Assembly (NCBI GenBank): GCA_031364845.1
Contig: JANLWX010000181.1
Location: 1-54,969, forward strand
Direction: 5' to 3'
From: Candidatus Eiseniibacteriota bacterium
GTDB lineage: Bacteria; Eisenbacteria; RBG-16-71-46
DNA: 54,969 nucleotides
In this document: positions 18,668 through 29,700 of the stretch, piece after piece
Layout of the letters: each line of letters starts with the position of its first letter
Numbering within the stretch: position 1 is the stretch's first letter
Notes under the pieces: generated by a model
The model's input: only the letters and a program-made list of their open reading frames with translations
Told to the model about the DNA's origin: nothing
Databases searched by the model: none
Made by a program: the position numbers and the translations under genes

Positions 18668-20424
18668 GCGTTGCGGCCCGGGGCGCCGCGCGGCGGCTCT
18701 CTCCTGCTCGCGTGCTGGCTGAGCTGGAACGCATCCACGCCGAATTTGGACCGGAGGTCGAGCCGCGCAAGCTGGCGTTGCTCGGACGGCTCCTGAACGC
18801 GCGGCTCGCGACGGCCGACTCGGTGCTGCGCTATCACGAAGCGCTGTGCTTCCTCGCGGCCTATCCCGACAGCGCGCGCATCGACGCGCAGGTGCGCGTG
18901 AATCTCGCGGCGTTCGAGTCGCGCGCCGACGTTCGCCGTCATGCGGAGGCACTCGCGAGTTCGGGGCTCGCGGGCACGCCGATCGACTATCGCTTCTTCT
19001 GGCCCATGGCCCGCTGGCTCGCCGCGCGCTGGCCGCGGTCGCTGCGGCTCGACTGGGATGAATTCGAGAACGCGGACCGGCTCGAAGCGCTGCTGGGTCT
19101 GCTCGTGCTGCCCGCCGAGTTTCCGGCGCTCGATGAGTTCACGCGCACGCCGCGCGAGTGGCTCGCGCACATGAAGGGCGACGATGAGACGGACGCGGCG
19201 TGCCTGGTGCGACGCTTCGGTGAGTTGCCGATGGACGATCGCGCGCGTGAGGCGATCTACGATGGCCTCGATGTTCCGATGCGCATCGTGCCGGGCGCAG
19301 ACACACCGTCGCGCACCCGTGCGCGCACGGAGCGTGTGTTCGATGCTGCACGCAGTACCGCGCGCGGAACAAGCCGTCGCCCGCGCGATCCGATCCACTA
19401 CACGACCGCCCCGCTCGATCGCCGCCGCCCCGATCTCGCGGCCGAGATCGCCCGCCCGCCCGCAATCCGCCTGCTGTCACCCGCGACGGGCCGCGAGCTG
19501 GTCGAGCTGGCGCGAGCCTCGATGGTCACGCGCCAGCGCGACCTCGACGCGTTCGCGTATGCCGATGCGCGCGATGTGCGGATGATCGATGCGGGCGACG
19601 GCGTGCAGTTCGCGTGCATGGGCATGATTCCCGAGCGCCGCCTCATGTTCGAGTCGGTGTACGGGTTCCTTACGCTCAAGAACGGCGTGCCGGTGGGTTA
19701 CGTGCTGACGAGCGCGCTGTTCGGTTCGTCGGAGGTCGCCTACAACGTGTTCGACACGTATCGCGGCGGCGAGGCGGCGCGCATCTACGGCCGCGTCATC
19801 GCGGCGACGGCACTCCTGTTCGGCAGCGACACGTTCACGATCTATCCATATCAGCTCGGCGAGGACAACGACGAAGCGCTCGAGTCGGGCGCGTGGTGGT
19901 TCTACTGGAAGCTCGGCTTCCGTCCGCGCGACCCGAAAGTGTCGAGCCTCGCGCGCCGAGAGGTCGCGAGCATGAAGCGGCGTCCGAGCCACCGCTCGAG
20001 CATCGCCACGCTCCGCCGCCTGGCGCGCGCCAACGTCTATTGGAACGCTGGCCCCGATCGCGAAGATGTGATCGGTCGGCTCGCGCTCGCGAACGTGGGC
20101 GATGCGGTGACGCGGGCGGTAGCGCGCCGCTTCGGATCACGCCGCGAAGAAGCGGCCGACGTCTGCGCGCGCGAGGCGATGACGCTGCTCGGCGTGCGCA
20201 CGCTCGCCGGATGGAGTCCGTACGAACGCGCGTGGTGGCGGCGCTGGGCTCCGCTCGTGTGCGTGCTGCCGGGAGTCGCGCGCTGGAATCCGGCCGCGCG
20301 CCGCGCGCTGGTGCAGGTGATCCGCGCCAAGGGCGGTGTGCGCGAGGACGAGTTCGTGCGCCGCTTCGACGCGCATCGGCCGCTGAGGGCCGCAATCATC
20401 AAACTCAGCGCTACTCCAGGATGA
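18664..20424 (+). CDS. Hypothetical protein with putative C-terminal GNAT-like fold
   Basis: In-frame GTG 18664 overlaps the upstream TGA; long ORF with normal composition; VFDTYRGGEA and AWWFYWKLGF motifs. Confidence 0.75.
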   Translation: MSVAARGAARRLSPARVLAELERIHAEFGPEVEPRKLALLGRLLNARLATADSVLRYHEALCFLAAYPDSARIDAQVRVNLAAFESRADVRRHAEALASSGLAGTPIDYRFFWPMARWLAARWPRSLRLDWDEFENADRLEALLGLLVLPAEFPALDEFTRTPREWLAHMKGDDETDAACLVRRFGELPMDDRAREAIYDGLDVPMRIVPGADTPSRTRARTERVFDAARSTARGTSRRPRDPIHYTTAPLDRRRPDLAAEIARPPAIRLLSPATGRELVELARASMVTRQRDLDAFAYADARDVRMIDAGDGVQFACMGMIPERRLMFESVYGFLTLKNGVPVGYVLTSALFGSSEVAYNVFDTYRGGEAARIYGRVIAATALLFGSDTFTIYPYQLGEDNDEALESGAWWFYWKLGFRPRDPKVSSLARREVASMKRRPSHRSSIATLRRLARANVYWNAGPDREDVIGRLALANVGDAVTRAVARRFGSRREEAADVCAREAMTLLGVRTLAGWSPYERAWWRRWAPLVCVLPGVARWNPAARRALVQVIRAKGGVREDEFVRRFDAHRPLRAAIIKLSATPG

Positions 20425-23400
20425 CGAACTTTCCGACCCGCACTCCTTCGGGAGCGCTCAGGCGATAGAAGTACGCGCCGCGCGGCCATCGCTCCTCGCC
20501 ACCGCCGAGCGTCACGCGATGGTGCCCTGCTCCGAGCGAAGTCTCGATCGGCGCCGACATCTGGCGTCCGCGCACGTCGAATACGAGCACGTTCACCACG
20601 CCCGGCCGCGTGAGGGCGAATTCCAGCGTCGCCGGACCGCGCGAGGGATTGCGGGCGACCGAAGCCGTGAATTCCCTAGAGCCCGGCATCGCGACCGCAC
20701 CCGCACGAGCCGCAAGGACAGGTTCGACCCCGATGCGCGTGATCGAGAAGTCATCGATCTGGAACACTTCGGAGCTGTTCGCGGGAAAGTCCTTCACTTC
20801 GGTTTCGATCACCGAGCCCGTCCGCAGCGTGATGAAGTCGGCGGTGATCTGCTGCCACGTCGGCGATAGCGTCACGCCCGGCGTCAGCACGGCCACGCCC
20901 TGCAGGACGCCGTTCAGATACTCGCGCACTTGAAGTTTCGCGGTTCCGCGGTGAGTCGCCGAACGCACCCAGGCGCTGTAGCGATAGCGCGTGCCGGGAC
21001 CGGGAACGCCCTCGACCCAGTTCGGCTGGTCGCCCATGCCGATCGTCGCGGAGCCGCTCGCGCGAACCTCCATGCAGTAGCTTCCGCTGCGGCCGCCCGC
21101 GACGCGTTGCAACGTTGCGTTGCCATAGGGTTCCCAACCCGAGATCCCGCTCTCGAATCCTGGATTGCCGCACAGATTCGGGCCGCCGCCACCGCCCGCG
21201 TCGCCGACGGTGATCAAAGTGCTCGCCACGCCCGAGCGGTCGTTGGTCGCGGTGAACGTCACCGTGTACGGCGCGGCACGACCGTCGCTTGCCGAAGGCG
21301 TCCACGTGAGCGTGCCCGCCGTGTTCGAGCCGTTGCGCGTGAACACCGCACCGTGTCCGGCCGGCAGCGCCGACAGGTCTGCGGTGAACGATAGGATCGG
21401 ATCGCCGTCGGCATCGGATGCGGAAACGTTCACCGTCAGCGGCTGTCCCTCGGTGATCGAGACGGTGGCCGGAGCCGAAACGACCGGCGGCGTGTCGGAG
21501 GCCACGGGCGTCACGAGCATGATCGACACGTCGTCGATCTGGAATCGCTCACCGCTTGTTACGGGATAGTCGCGAATCTCCATGTCGAGCGTCGAGCCGT
21601 TACCCTCGGTCGTGATGTCCACCGCCAGCAACTGCCACGACGACGACAACGTCACATCCGGCGAGTACTTGGACGAGCCCAACTGTGACGACGCATTGAA
21701 CTCGCGCAGCTTGATGCGCGCGATCCCGCGGCTCGATGCCGATCGAACCCAGGCGGTGAATCGATAGGTGGTGCCGGCCGCGAGAGCGTTCGCGACCCAG
21801 TCGGGCTCGTCGCGGGTGCCGAACGTGGAGGACCCCGAGGCGCGCGCTTCGAGGCAATACGATCCGCTGCGCCCGCCGGCGACGCGCTCGAGCGTCGCAC
21901 CGCCATAAGCATCCCAGCCGCTGGCACTGCTCTCGAAGCCCGGATTGCCGCACAGGTTGCCGACCGGCGGCGGAAGGACGATCGCGCGGAATTCGTGCGC
22001 GCCGAGGTCCGCGAAGGCCGGTGTCCCGTCACCGGTGTCGGCAGTGGACGGATCGTCGATGCGCGCATCACCTTCGCGATCGTTCGGCGGCCATCCCGCT
22101 GCACCGCCCACGGCGGCATCGATCGCCGGCGAACCGGCGCGCAAACGAAAGTCGCCTTGCGGCGCGTCGACGAATCGCGGATCGAGTTGAACCGAGCGGC
22201 GGTCGCGCCCGGTGGCGGACGCGTATGCCGAAATCAATGCGTACTGCGTGTCGATGAATTTGACCGGATTGCGAGAGGTCGAGTTCCAGAACAGATTGTG
22301 ATCCGAGACGAATCCGGCATCGGAGTCGCGCTCGACCCACAGATCGAACTCAGCGGTTGCGAGCCCGTTGTCGACCGCGATGCAGTTGTACATCGCACCG
22401 CCGCCGGAATTGCCCTCGAAGGAGAATCCGTCTTTGTAGTTGTCCCACGCGACATCGTGAAAGTGGCGCGTGCGCATCGAACGCACGTGATCGAACCCGT
22501 GATCGCCGTTGTTCCAGCTCAGGTTGTTGCGCGACAGGCCGTCGTGCGAACCGTTGTAGAACTGGATACCCGAATCCTGATTGTCATAGCACTGGTTGAG
22601 TTCCACGGTGCAGCCGGTTGCGCCGTCGAGCGCGATACCGGCGGCCGCGCGCGTCGTCGGACGTGCGTTGCGAAAGCTTTCGTTGTCGCGGATCACCGTC
22701 CCCGCCGCGGTGTGAACGAAGATTCCATGATCACCGTTGTCACTGACCCGGTTGCCGGCGATCAGGACATCGGCTGCACCTCCGACATCGATGCCCGCTT
22801 TGTATGCGAAGGTGACGGTGTTGTTCACGATCTCCGCGCGGTTCGCGCCCGCGACGATTCCGACTGCGCGGTCCTCGGTGCGCGTGAAGGCGAGGCCATC
22901 GAGCGTGACGTAGGCGCCCGACACGAAGATGCCGGTCGTCCTGCGTCCGACTTCGCATCCGCGCAGTCCGGGGTTGCCGCCACCTGCGTTCACGTAGAGT
23001 CCCACGCCCGAGACGTAACGATACGATCGCGCAGGCAGCGAAGGCGGCGACGCGGTCGATGGCGTGAGTCGCGCACCGTCGGCGAACACCTGCAGAGGCG
23101 CCCAGGTGACGCTCGATGCCAGATACACGTCGCTCGCGATCGCACTCCAGCGGCTGGTCGAGCCGAAGTCGTCGGCGCCCGAGATGACGGCACCGGGACC
23201 ACTGGCCTGCAGCACGATGCGACTCGAGGCGGAGCCCGAAGCCGAGATCGTCACGCTCTCACGATAAATCGCGGGGCGAACGATGATCGTATTGCCGGCG
23301 GAAGCGCGCGCGGACACGGCCGCCTGCAGGGTTCGATAAGGCGTGGAGCTGGTGCCCGGTCCGACGTCGGTGGCGCCGGCGTTGGTTCCGTCGACGTAGT

Positions 23401-23536
23401 AGGTCGCAGCCGCCACCGAGGCGGCACACGCAACGAGCACGACCGCGGACGCCACGAGTGCCTTCGTGAACGCGCGAGCGCGGATACCGGCCGTACGCAT
23501 CCGGGCCCGGGCCGTGAAGGTCGAGGTGTCGTGCAT
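20411..23536 (-). CDS. Secreted beta-helix protein, paralog 3 (beta-helix, CBM, 1 Ig repeat, CBM, FlgD-like CTD)
   Basis: Same beta-helix motifs; two NLCGNPGFE CBM4/9-like domains; GAYFYRL CTD; start uncertain (23536 or 23500). Confidence 0.85.
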   Translation of the reverse strand: MHDTSTFTARARMRTAGIRARAFTKALVASAVVLVACAASVAAATYYVDGTNAGATDVGPGTSSTPYRTLQAAVSARASAGNTIIVRPAIYRESVTISASGSASSRIVLQASGPGAVISGADDFGSTSRWSAIASDVYLASSVTWAPLQVFADGARLTPSTASPPSLPARSYRYVSGVGLYVNAGGGNPGLRGCEVGRRTTGIFVSGAYVTLDGLAFTRTEDRAVGIVAGANRAEIVNNTVTFAYKAGIDVGGAADVLIAGNRVSDNGDHGIFVHTAAGTVIRDNESFRNARPTTRAAAGIALDGATGCTVELNQCYDNQDSGIQFYNGSHDGLSRNNLSWNNGDHGFDHVRSMRTRHFHDVAWDNYKDGFSFEGNSGGGAMYNCIAVDNGLATAEFDLWVERDSDAGFVSDHNLFWNSTSRNPVKFIDTQYALISAYASATGRDRRSVQLDPRFVDAPQGDFRLRAGSPAIDAAVGGAAGWPPNDREGDARIDDPSTADTGDGTPAFADLGAHEFRAIVLPPPVGNLCGNPGFESSASGWDAYGGATLERVAGGRSGSYCLEARASGSSTFGTRDEPDWVANALAAGTTYRFTAWVRSASSRGIARIKLREFNASSQLGSSKYSPDVTLSSSWQLLAVDITTEGNGSTLDMEIRDYPVTSGERFQIDDVSIMLVTPVASDTPPVVSAPATVSITEGQPLTVNVSASDADGDPILSFTADLSALPAGHGAVFTRNGSNTAGTLTWTPSASDGRAAPYTVTFTATNDRSGVASTLITVGDAGGGGGPNLCGNPGFESGISGWEPYGNATLQRVAGGRSGSYCMEVRASGSATIGMGDQPNWVEGVPGPGTRYRYSAWVRSATHRGTAKLQVREYLNGVLQGVAVLTPGVTLSPTWQQITADFITLRTGSVIETEVKDFPANSSEVFQIDDFSITRIGVEPVLAARAGAVAMPGSREFTASVARNPSRGPATLEFALTRPGVVNVLVFDVRGRQMSAPIETSLGAGHHRVTLGGGEERWPRGAYFYRLSAPEGVRVGKFVILE

Positions 23537-23773
23537 GATGATGATTGCCCCGCGCCCAGCTTGATCCGCGGCGTGACCCCGCAACGACCGGACGGACGTC
23601 CGGCAGGGTCATGGCCGCGCGGCGCCGGCTCGTTCACCCGGGTCTGGAAACTCACGGGGAAACCGGCCGCCCACTCCGCGTGATCGGCCGGGAACGCTCG
23701 CGACTGAAGGGGACATGGCAGGGTGGGGCGTGGCCCGGACGGGCACTGCTTCAATCGGGCAGGAAGCCCGGAT

Positions 23774-26700
23774 TCACTCCAGTACGACGAAGCGTCCGGA
23801 CTTCATGCCTTCGGAGGCGCGCACGCGGTAGAAATAAGTTCCCACCGGCATCCGGCGCGAATCGCCGTGCGCGCGAATCGCGACTTCGTGACGTCCGCCC
23901 GTCATCAGCGGCTCGTCCATCGGACGGCTAACGACGCGGCCCTCGAGGTCGAACAACTCGACCTTCACCGGCCCCGGCCGCGTGAGCGTGAAGTGCAGCA
24001 CACCGGAGCCGTGCACGGGGTTCGTCACCCACGCGCCGAAGGTCAGCGCGGGCGCGCCGGAAGACGATTCGACCCGCGCCTGTGCCGACGGCAATGCCGC
24101 GTTCACGACTTTCACGACCGAGATGTCGTCGACCTGGAAGATCTCGCCGGTCACGATCGGATAGTCGTTGAACTCGATTTCGAGCGACGAGCCCGCGGCG
24201 CGCGTCACGTAGTCGAACGTGACGAGCTGCCACGCCTGCGTCAGCGCGAGACCCGGCGACATGGCGGTCGAACCCTGCTGAACGCCGCCGAGATACTCCT
24301 TCACCTTGATCTTCGCCGAGCCGTGATGGAGCGCCGAGCGCACCCACATCGAAAGCCGGTACGTGATGTTCGCGGCGGCCACGGTCGGAACGATGTTCGG
24401 ATTGTCCGCGATGCCGCCGGTGCTCGAAGTTGAGTTACGCACTTCGAGGCAGAAGCTGCCGCTGTGGCCGCCCGCGGTGCGCACCAGTGTCGTGCTGCCG
24501 ACTCTGATCCAGCCGGTAACGTCAGTTTCGAATCCACCGTTGGCCACGAGGTTCGTGCCGCCGCCGCCGCCACCACCGCCCGCCGGCACGTCCGTCACGG
24601 TGATCGCCGTGGCCGCGGTTCCACTGAGCGCGTTGGTCGCGGTGAACGTCACGGAATAGGCGGCCGCACGGCCGTCGTTCGCGGTCGGGGTCCACGTCAG
24701 AGTGCCCGCGGTCTTCGCCGCGTTTGCCGTGAACACGGCGTTGTGGCCGGCCGGCAGGTTCGACAGATCCGCGGTGAGTGCGGTGATCGCGTGACCGTCC
24801 GGATCGGCGGCGGTGACCGACACGGTCATCAGTGCACCCTCGGCGACACTGGCCGTGGCCGCGGCGGACACCACCGGCGCGCGATCCGCCACGGTACCGC
24901 TCGACGAGGTGATCGAGACATCGTCCATCTGGAAGATCTCGGCGGTGACGATCGGATACTCGTTCACGGACAGGTCGAGCGTCGATCCGGCGCGCACGGT
25001 CGTGTAGTTCACCGTCACGAGCTGCCACGTGGGTGACAGCGTCACGATGTTCGAATAAGCGGTCGATCCATACTGCGTGGTGCCGACGTACTCCTTCACC
25101 TTGAGTTTCACTTCGCCGCGATGCACCGCCGAGCGCACCCAGGCGCTGATCGTGAACGGCGCGCCGGCAGTGGGAACGTTGGCGATCCAGTTTGGACTGT
25201 CGGTCGCGCCGAACGAACCGGTCGACGGTGCGCGCATCTCGAGGCAGAAGCCGCCGCTGCGCCCACCCGCGACGCGCGCGAGCACGGCGCTGCCGACGCT
25301 GCTCCAGCCGGTCGTGTTGCTCTCGAAGCCAGGGTTGCCGACGAGATTGCTCGCGGTCACCGTCACGCTACGGGTTGCGGTCGCAGTCGCACCGTGATCG
25401 TCGGTCACCGTCACCGTAATGACGTAGGTGCCCGCGCTCGCGTAGGTGTGCGTGGCCGTGGCTCCGGGCCGCGGGCCGACGGCGGCCCCTTCGCCGAAGT
25501 TGAACGTGTAACTGCTCACCACACCGTCGGCATCGCTCGATCCGCCCGCGTCCGCGGTGACGACATGCGGCGCACCGCCCGATGCGGGCGTGACCGCGAG
25601 CACCGCGTTCGGGCGCGCGTTCACGTACACCTGCGTCATCGACGAGCCCGAAAGCGCATTCGTGGCGGTGAAGGTGATGTCGTAGGGCGCGAGACGTCCC
25701 GCTCCCAGCGGAGCCGTCCACTCGAACGAGCCCGACGTGTTCGCCGCGTTCGAGCTGAACGTCGCGCCCGCCGGCAGACCCGAAGCCGTCAGCGAGGCAA
25801 TCGCATCGCCGTCGGCGTCCGCGGCCGTCACGCCGAATGCGAAGCTCGAGTTCTCGTTGACGTGCAACGCGGCAGGCGCCGTCACGACCGGAGCGCGATC
25901 GTGCGACACGGCCGTCACGCGCGTCGCGCTGAGCGCGTTCGACGCCGTGAACGTGATGACGAACGGACCGTGTCCGTCGCCGGCGGCCGGGGTCCACGTC
26001 AGTGTGCCCGCGGTGTGTTCCGCGTTGGGCACGAATGTCGCGGGGTTCCCAGGCGGCAGCGCGGACAGATCCGCCTCGAGTGCAATGATTGCATCGCCAT
26101 CCGAATCGGCGGCGGTGATCTCGAGCGTCAGCGTTCCCCCGGCCGCGACACTCGCGGTCGCGGATGCGGTGATGACGGGCGGCGCGTCGGCCTGGCCCAC
26201 GTCGATGCTGGTGCCCGCGGTGGCCGCGAGGCCCGCGTTCGCGTGGAACGTCACGGTGTAAGGCCCCGGTGCGTCCGCGAACGTCGGCGTCCACGTGAGC
26301 GTTCCGGCGCTATGCGAGGCGTTGGGCGTGAACACCGCGTCGTGGCCGGCCGGCAGCCCGGACAGATCCGCAGTGAATGAGTTGAACGCGTCGCCGTCGG
26401 GATCGGTCGCGCTCAAGGACAGCGACAACGTCTGGCGCTCGTTCACGCTCACGACCGGTTCCACGCTGATCACGGGATGGCGGTCGACGGCAATCGACGT
26501 GGTCGAGGTGCCGGACATGAGGTTCGTCGCGTGGAACACGACGTCATAGGGACCGGGCGCGTCCGCCGCCGACGGAGTCCAGGTCAGCGTGCCCCCGGTG
26601 TTGCCGTCGTCCGCCACGAACGCCGCGTCGTGGAGCGCGGGCAGTGCGGAGAGATCCGCGGTGAGCAGCGCGATCGGATCGCCATCCGGATCCGTGGCGT

Positions 26701-29700
26701 CGATGTGCATGGTGAACGGCGCGCCTTCGGGCGCGCGCCGCGTTGTGGGTGCCGAGATCGACGGCGCGCGATCGACATTCGCAACGATGACGCTGGTCTG
26801 GGTGCTCGCGCTGAGACCGTTGTGCGCCGTGAACGTGACGGCGTAGCTGCCGGCGTCATCGAACGACGGCGTCCACGCGAGCGTGCCGCTCGTGTTGCCG
26901 GCCGCGGGCGTGAAGCTGGCGTTGCTGCCGGCCGGAAGCGCCGACAGGTCCGCGACCAGCGAAGTGATGGGATCGTCGTCGGGATCGGACACGGTGACGG
27001 CAACCGACACTGGCTGCTGTTCCAGCGTAGTCGCCACCGGCAACGCGGAGACGACCGGCGCGCGATCGATCACGACCTGCGTCGTGGCGCTCCCGCTCAA
27101 AGCGTTCGAAGCGGTGAAGGTGACCGTATACGGATCGAACAGCGAGTCGAGCGGCTGCGGCGTCCACGTGAGCGTCCCTCCCGTGTTCGAAGCATTGGCG
27201 ACGAACTCGGCGTCGTTCAGCAACGGAAACGCGGAGAGGTCGGCGGTGAGCGACGTGATGGCATCGCCATCGGGATCGAACGCGCTCATCACGAACGTGA
27301 GCTGCCCGCCTTCCGGAGCTGCGGCATTCGGCGCGGCGACGACCGATGGCGCGCGATCGACATTGTCGACGTGAAGGACCGTGCTCGCGGCACCGGAGCC
27401 CGACCACTCGATGATGCCGCCGCCCACGGGTGCCGCGGTCGAACCGCCGGACCTCGCGACGAAGTCGACCGTGAAGTCGCCGGCATCCTGGAATCCCGGA
27501 GTCCAGGTCAGCGTGCCCCCGGTGTGGGTGCCGTTCGGCGTGAACACTGCACCATGGCCCGGGGGAAGATGTGAAAAGTCCGCGGACAGCGTTACGATCT
27601 CATCCGAATCGGGATCGTGTGCCGTCACGCTCAACGACACCGCATCGCCCTCGGTGGCGTTGGCGGACGGCGTCACGGTCACGACCGGCAGCCGGTCGAT
27701 ACGCACCGAGGTCGTGGTACTCCCGCTCAGCGCATTGGCGGCGGTGAATCCAACGACATAGGGGCCCGGCGCATCGATGGCGCCCGGCGTCCACGTCAGC
27801 GTTCCCGTCGCGTTCGACGCACCCGGCGTGAACACGGCGTCGTGTCCGCCGGGCAAACCCGACAGATCCGCGACCAGCGTGCCGATCGCATCGCCGTCGG
27901 AATCGGCGGCGGCAATCGCGAGCGTGAGTTGCTGCATCTCCGGAGTGACGACCAGTGCCGGCGCCGATATGGCGGGCGCGCGATCGATGTTCACGACGCT
28001 CACGAGCGTGGTGTCGCGGCCGCTGAGATTGTTGCCGGCAGTGAAGATGATCGGGTACGGACCTCCGGCGTCTGCAAACGTCGGAGTCCACGTGAACGTG
28101 CCCGCGGTGTTCGATGCATTCTTCGTGAACGTCGCGCCATGACCGGCGGGCAGGCCGGACAAATCCGCGGTCAGGTTCGCGATCGCGTCGCTGTCGGGAT
28201 CGGACGCGGTGACGGCCACGCTGATCGCGCTGTTCTCGTTGCCCGAAACACTCGCCGGGGACATCGCGATCGGCGCGCGATCGATGTTCGCGATCGTGAT
28301 CGCGGTCGTCGCGGTGGCGGCCAGCGCATTGGTCGCAGTGAACGTGACGGAGTACGGCGTTGCGCGCGAGTGCGTGAACGCCGGCGTCCAGGTCAGCGTG
28401 CCCGAGGTGTTCGCCGCGTTCTTCGTGAACGTCGCGCCGTGCCCGGCCGGCAGGGCGGACAGATCCGCGACGAGGTTCGTGATCGCGTGGCCATCCGGAT
28501 CGCTCGCGGTGACGGTGACGATCACCGGCGTGCCTTCCGCGCCTCCGACCGATGCGGGTGCGGACACGGTCGGCGCGCGGTCGACCGCCGCACCGGGCGA
28601 GCCGAATTCGTAGGGGCCGCGATCGGCGAACGTGACCGGACCGCTGCCCGTGTTTGCGACCGAGGTGACATCGAAGCGCGCCGCGCCGAGCACGTCCGCC
28701 GACGGCCAGCCCGTGATCGACGTGATCGCGTTGTCGATCGCGGGCGAGCCGGTCGAGAGCCGGAAGTTTCCGGAGCCGGCGTTCGCGAACAGCGGGTTCA
28801 GCTGCAGCGAATGCGCGTCGCGGCCGGTCGCCGAGGAGTACGACGCCACCGACGAATAGATCGAGATGAACTTCACCGGTTTCTGGCTGGTCGAGTTCCA
28901 GAACAGGTTGTAGTCGGAGACGAAACCGGTGGCAGACGCCGTGTCGACCCACAGATCGTATTCGTTGGTCGTGATCCCGTTGTCGACGGCGATGCTGTTG
29001 TAGAGCTTGCCGCCGGGCGAATCGCCCTCGAACGAGAATCCGTCCTTGTAGTTGCCGTAGGCGAGATTGTGGATGTGGACCACGCCGGTGCTGCGCACGT
29101 GGTCGTAGCCGTGATCGCCGTTGTTCCAGCTCACGTTGTTCCGGCTCAGGCAGTCGTTGGAACCGCTGTAGAACTGGATGCCCGAGTCCTGATTGTCGTG
29201 GCAGTTGTTGCCGTCGACCGTGCAACCCGGCGAATCGTAGATGTTGATCCCGTTGGCCGCCCGCTGCGCCGGGCGCGCGTTGCGGAAGCATTCGTTGTTT
29301 TTCACGAGGCTCGAGGTCGTGCCCGTGACATAGATGCCGTGGTCGTTGCTGTCCCCGACGATGTTGCCGGCGATCAAGGCGCCGGTGCTCGCGCTGAGCC
29401 GAAGTCCGTACTTGTTGGCGAACGTGACGGTGCAGTTCTGGACCGTGAGGTTCTGGCCGCCGGCCTGAATGCCGACGTCCTCGGTGCGCGTGACGGTGAA
29501 CCCGTCGAGGGTCACGTAGGCCCCGCTCACGTCGAACCCGTTCGCGCGGCGACCGACTTCACACGCGCGCGCCGCGGGATTGCCGCCGCCGACATTCACG
29601 TACAGGCCGGTTCCGCTCACATAGCGGAACGTGTTGCTCCCGAGCGACGCCGCCGCATCGGTCGACGGCGTGAGGCGCGCGCCGTTGGCGAACACCTGTG

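Noticed and set aside
24556..24582. (GCC)n run as a phase-variable microsatellite
   Set aside because: Imperfect in-frame triplets encoding a poly-Gly linker; slippage would not shift the frame.
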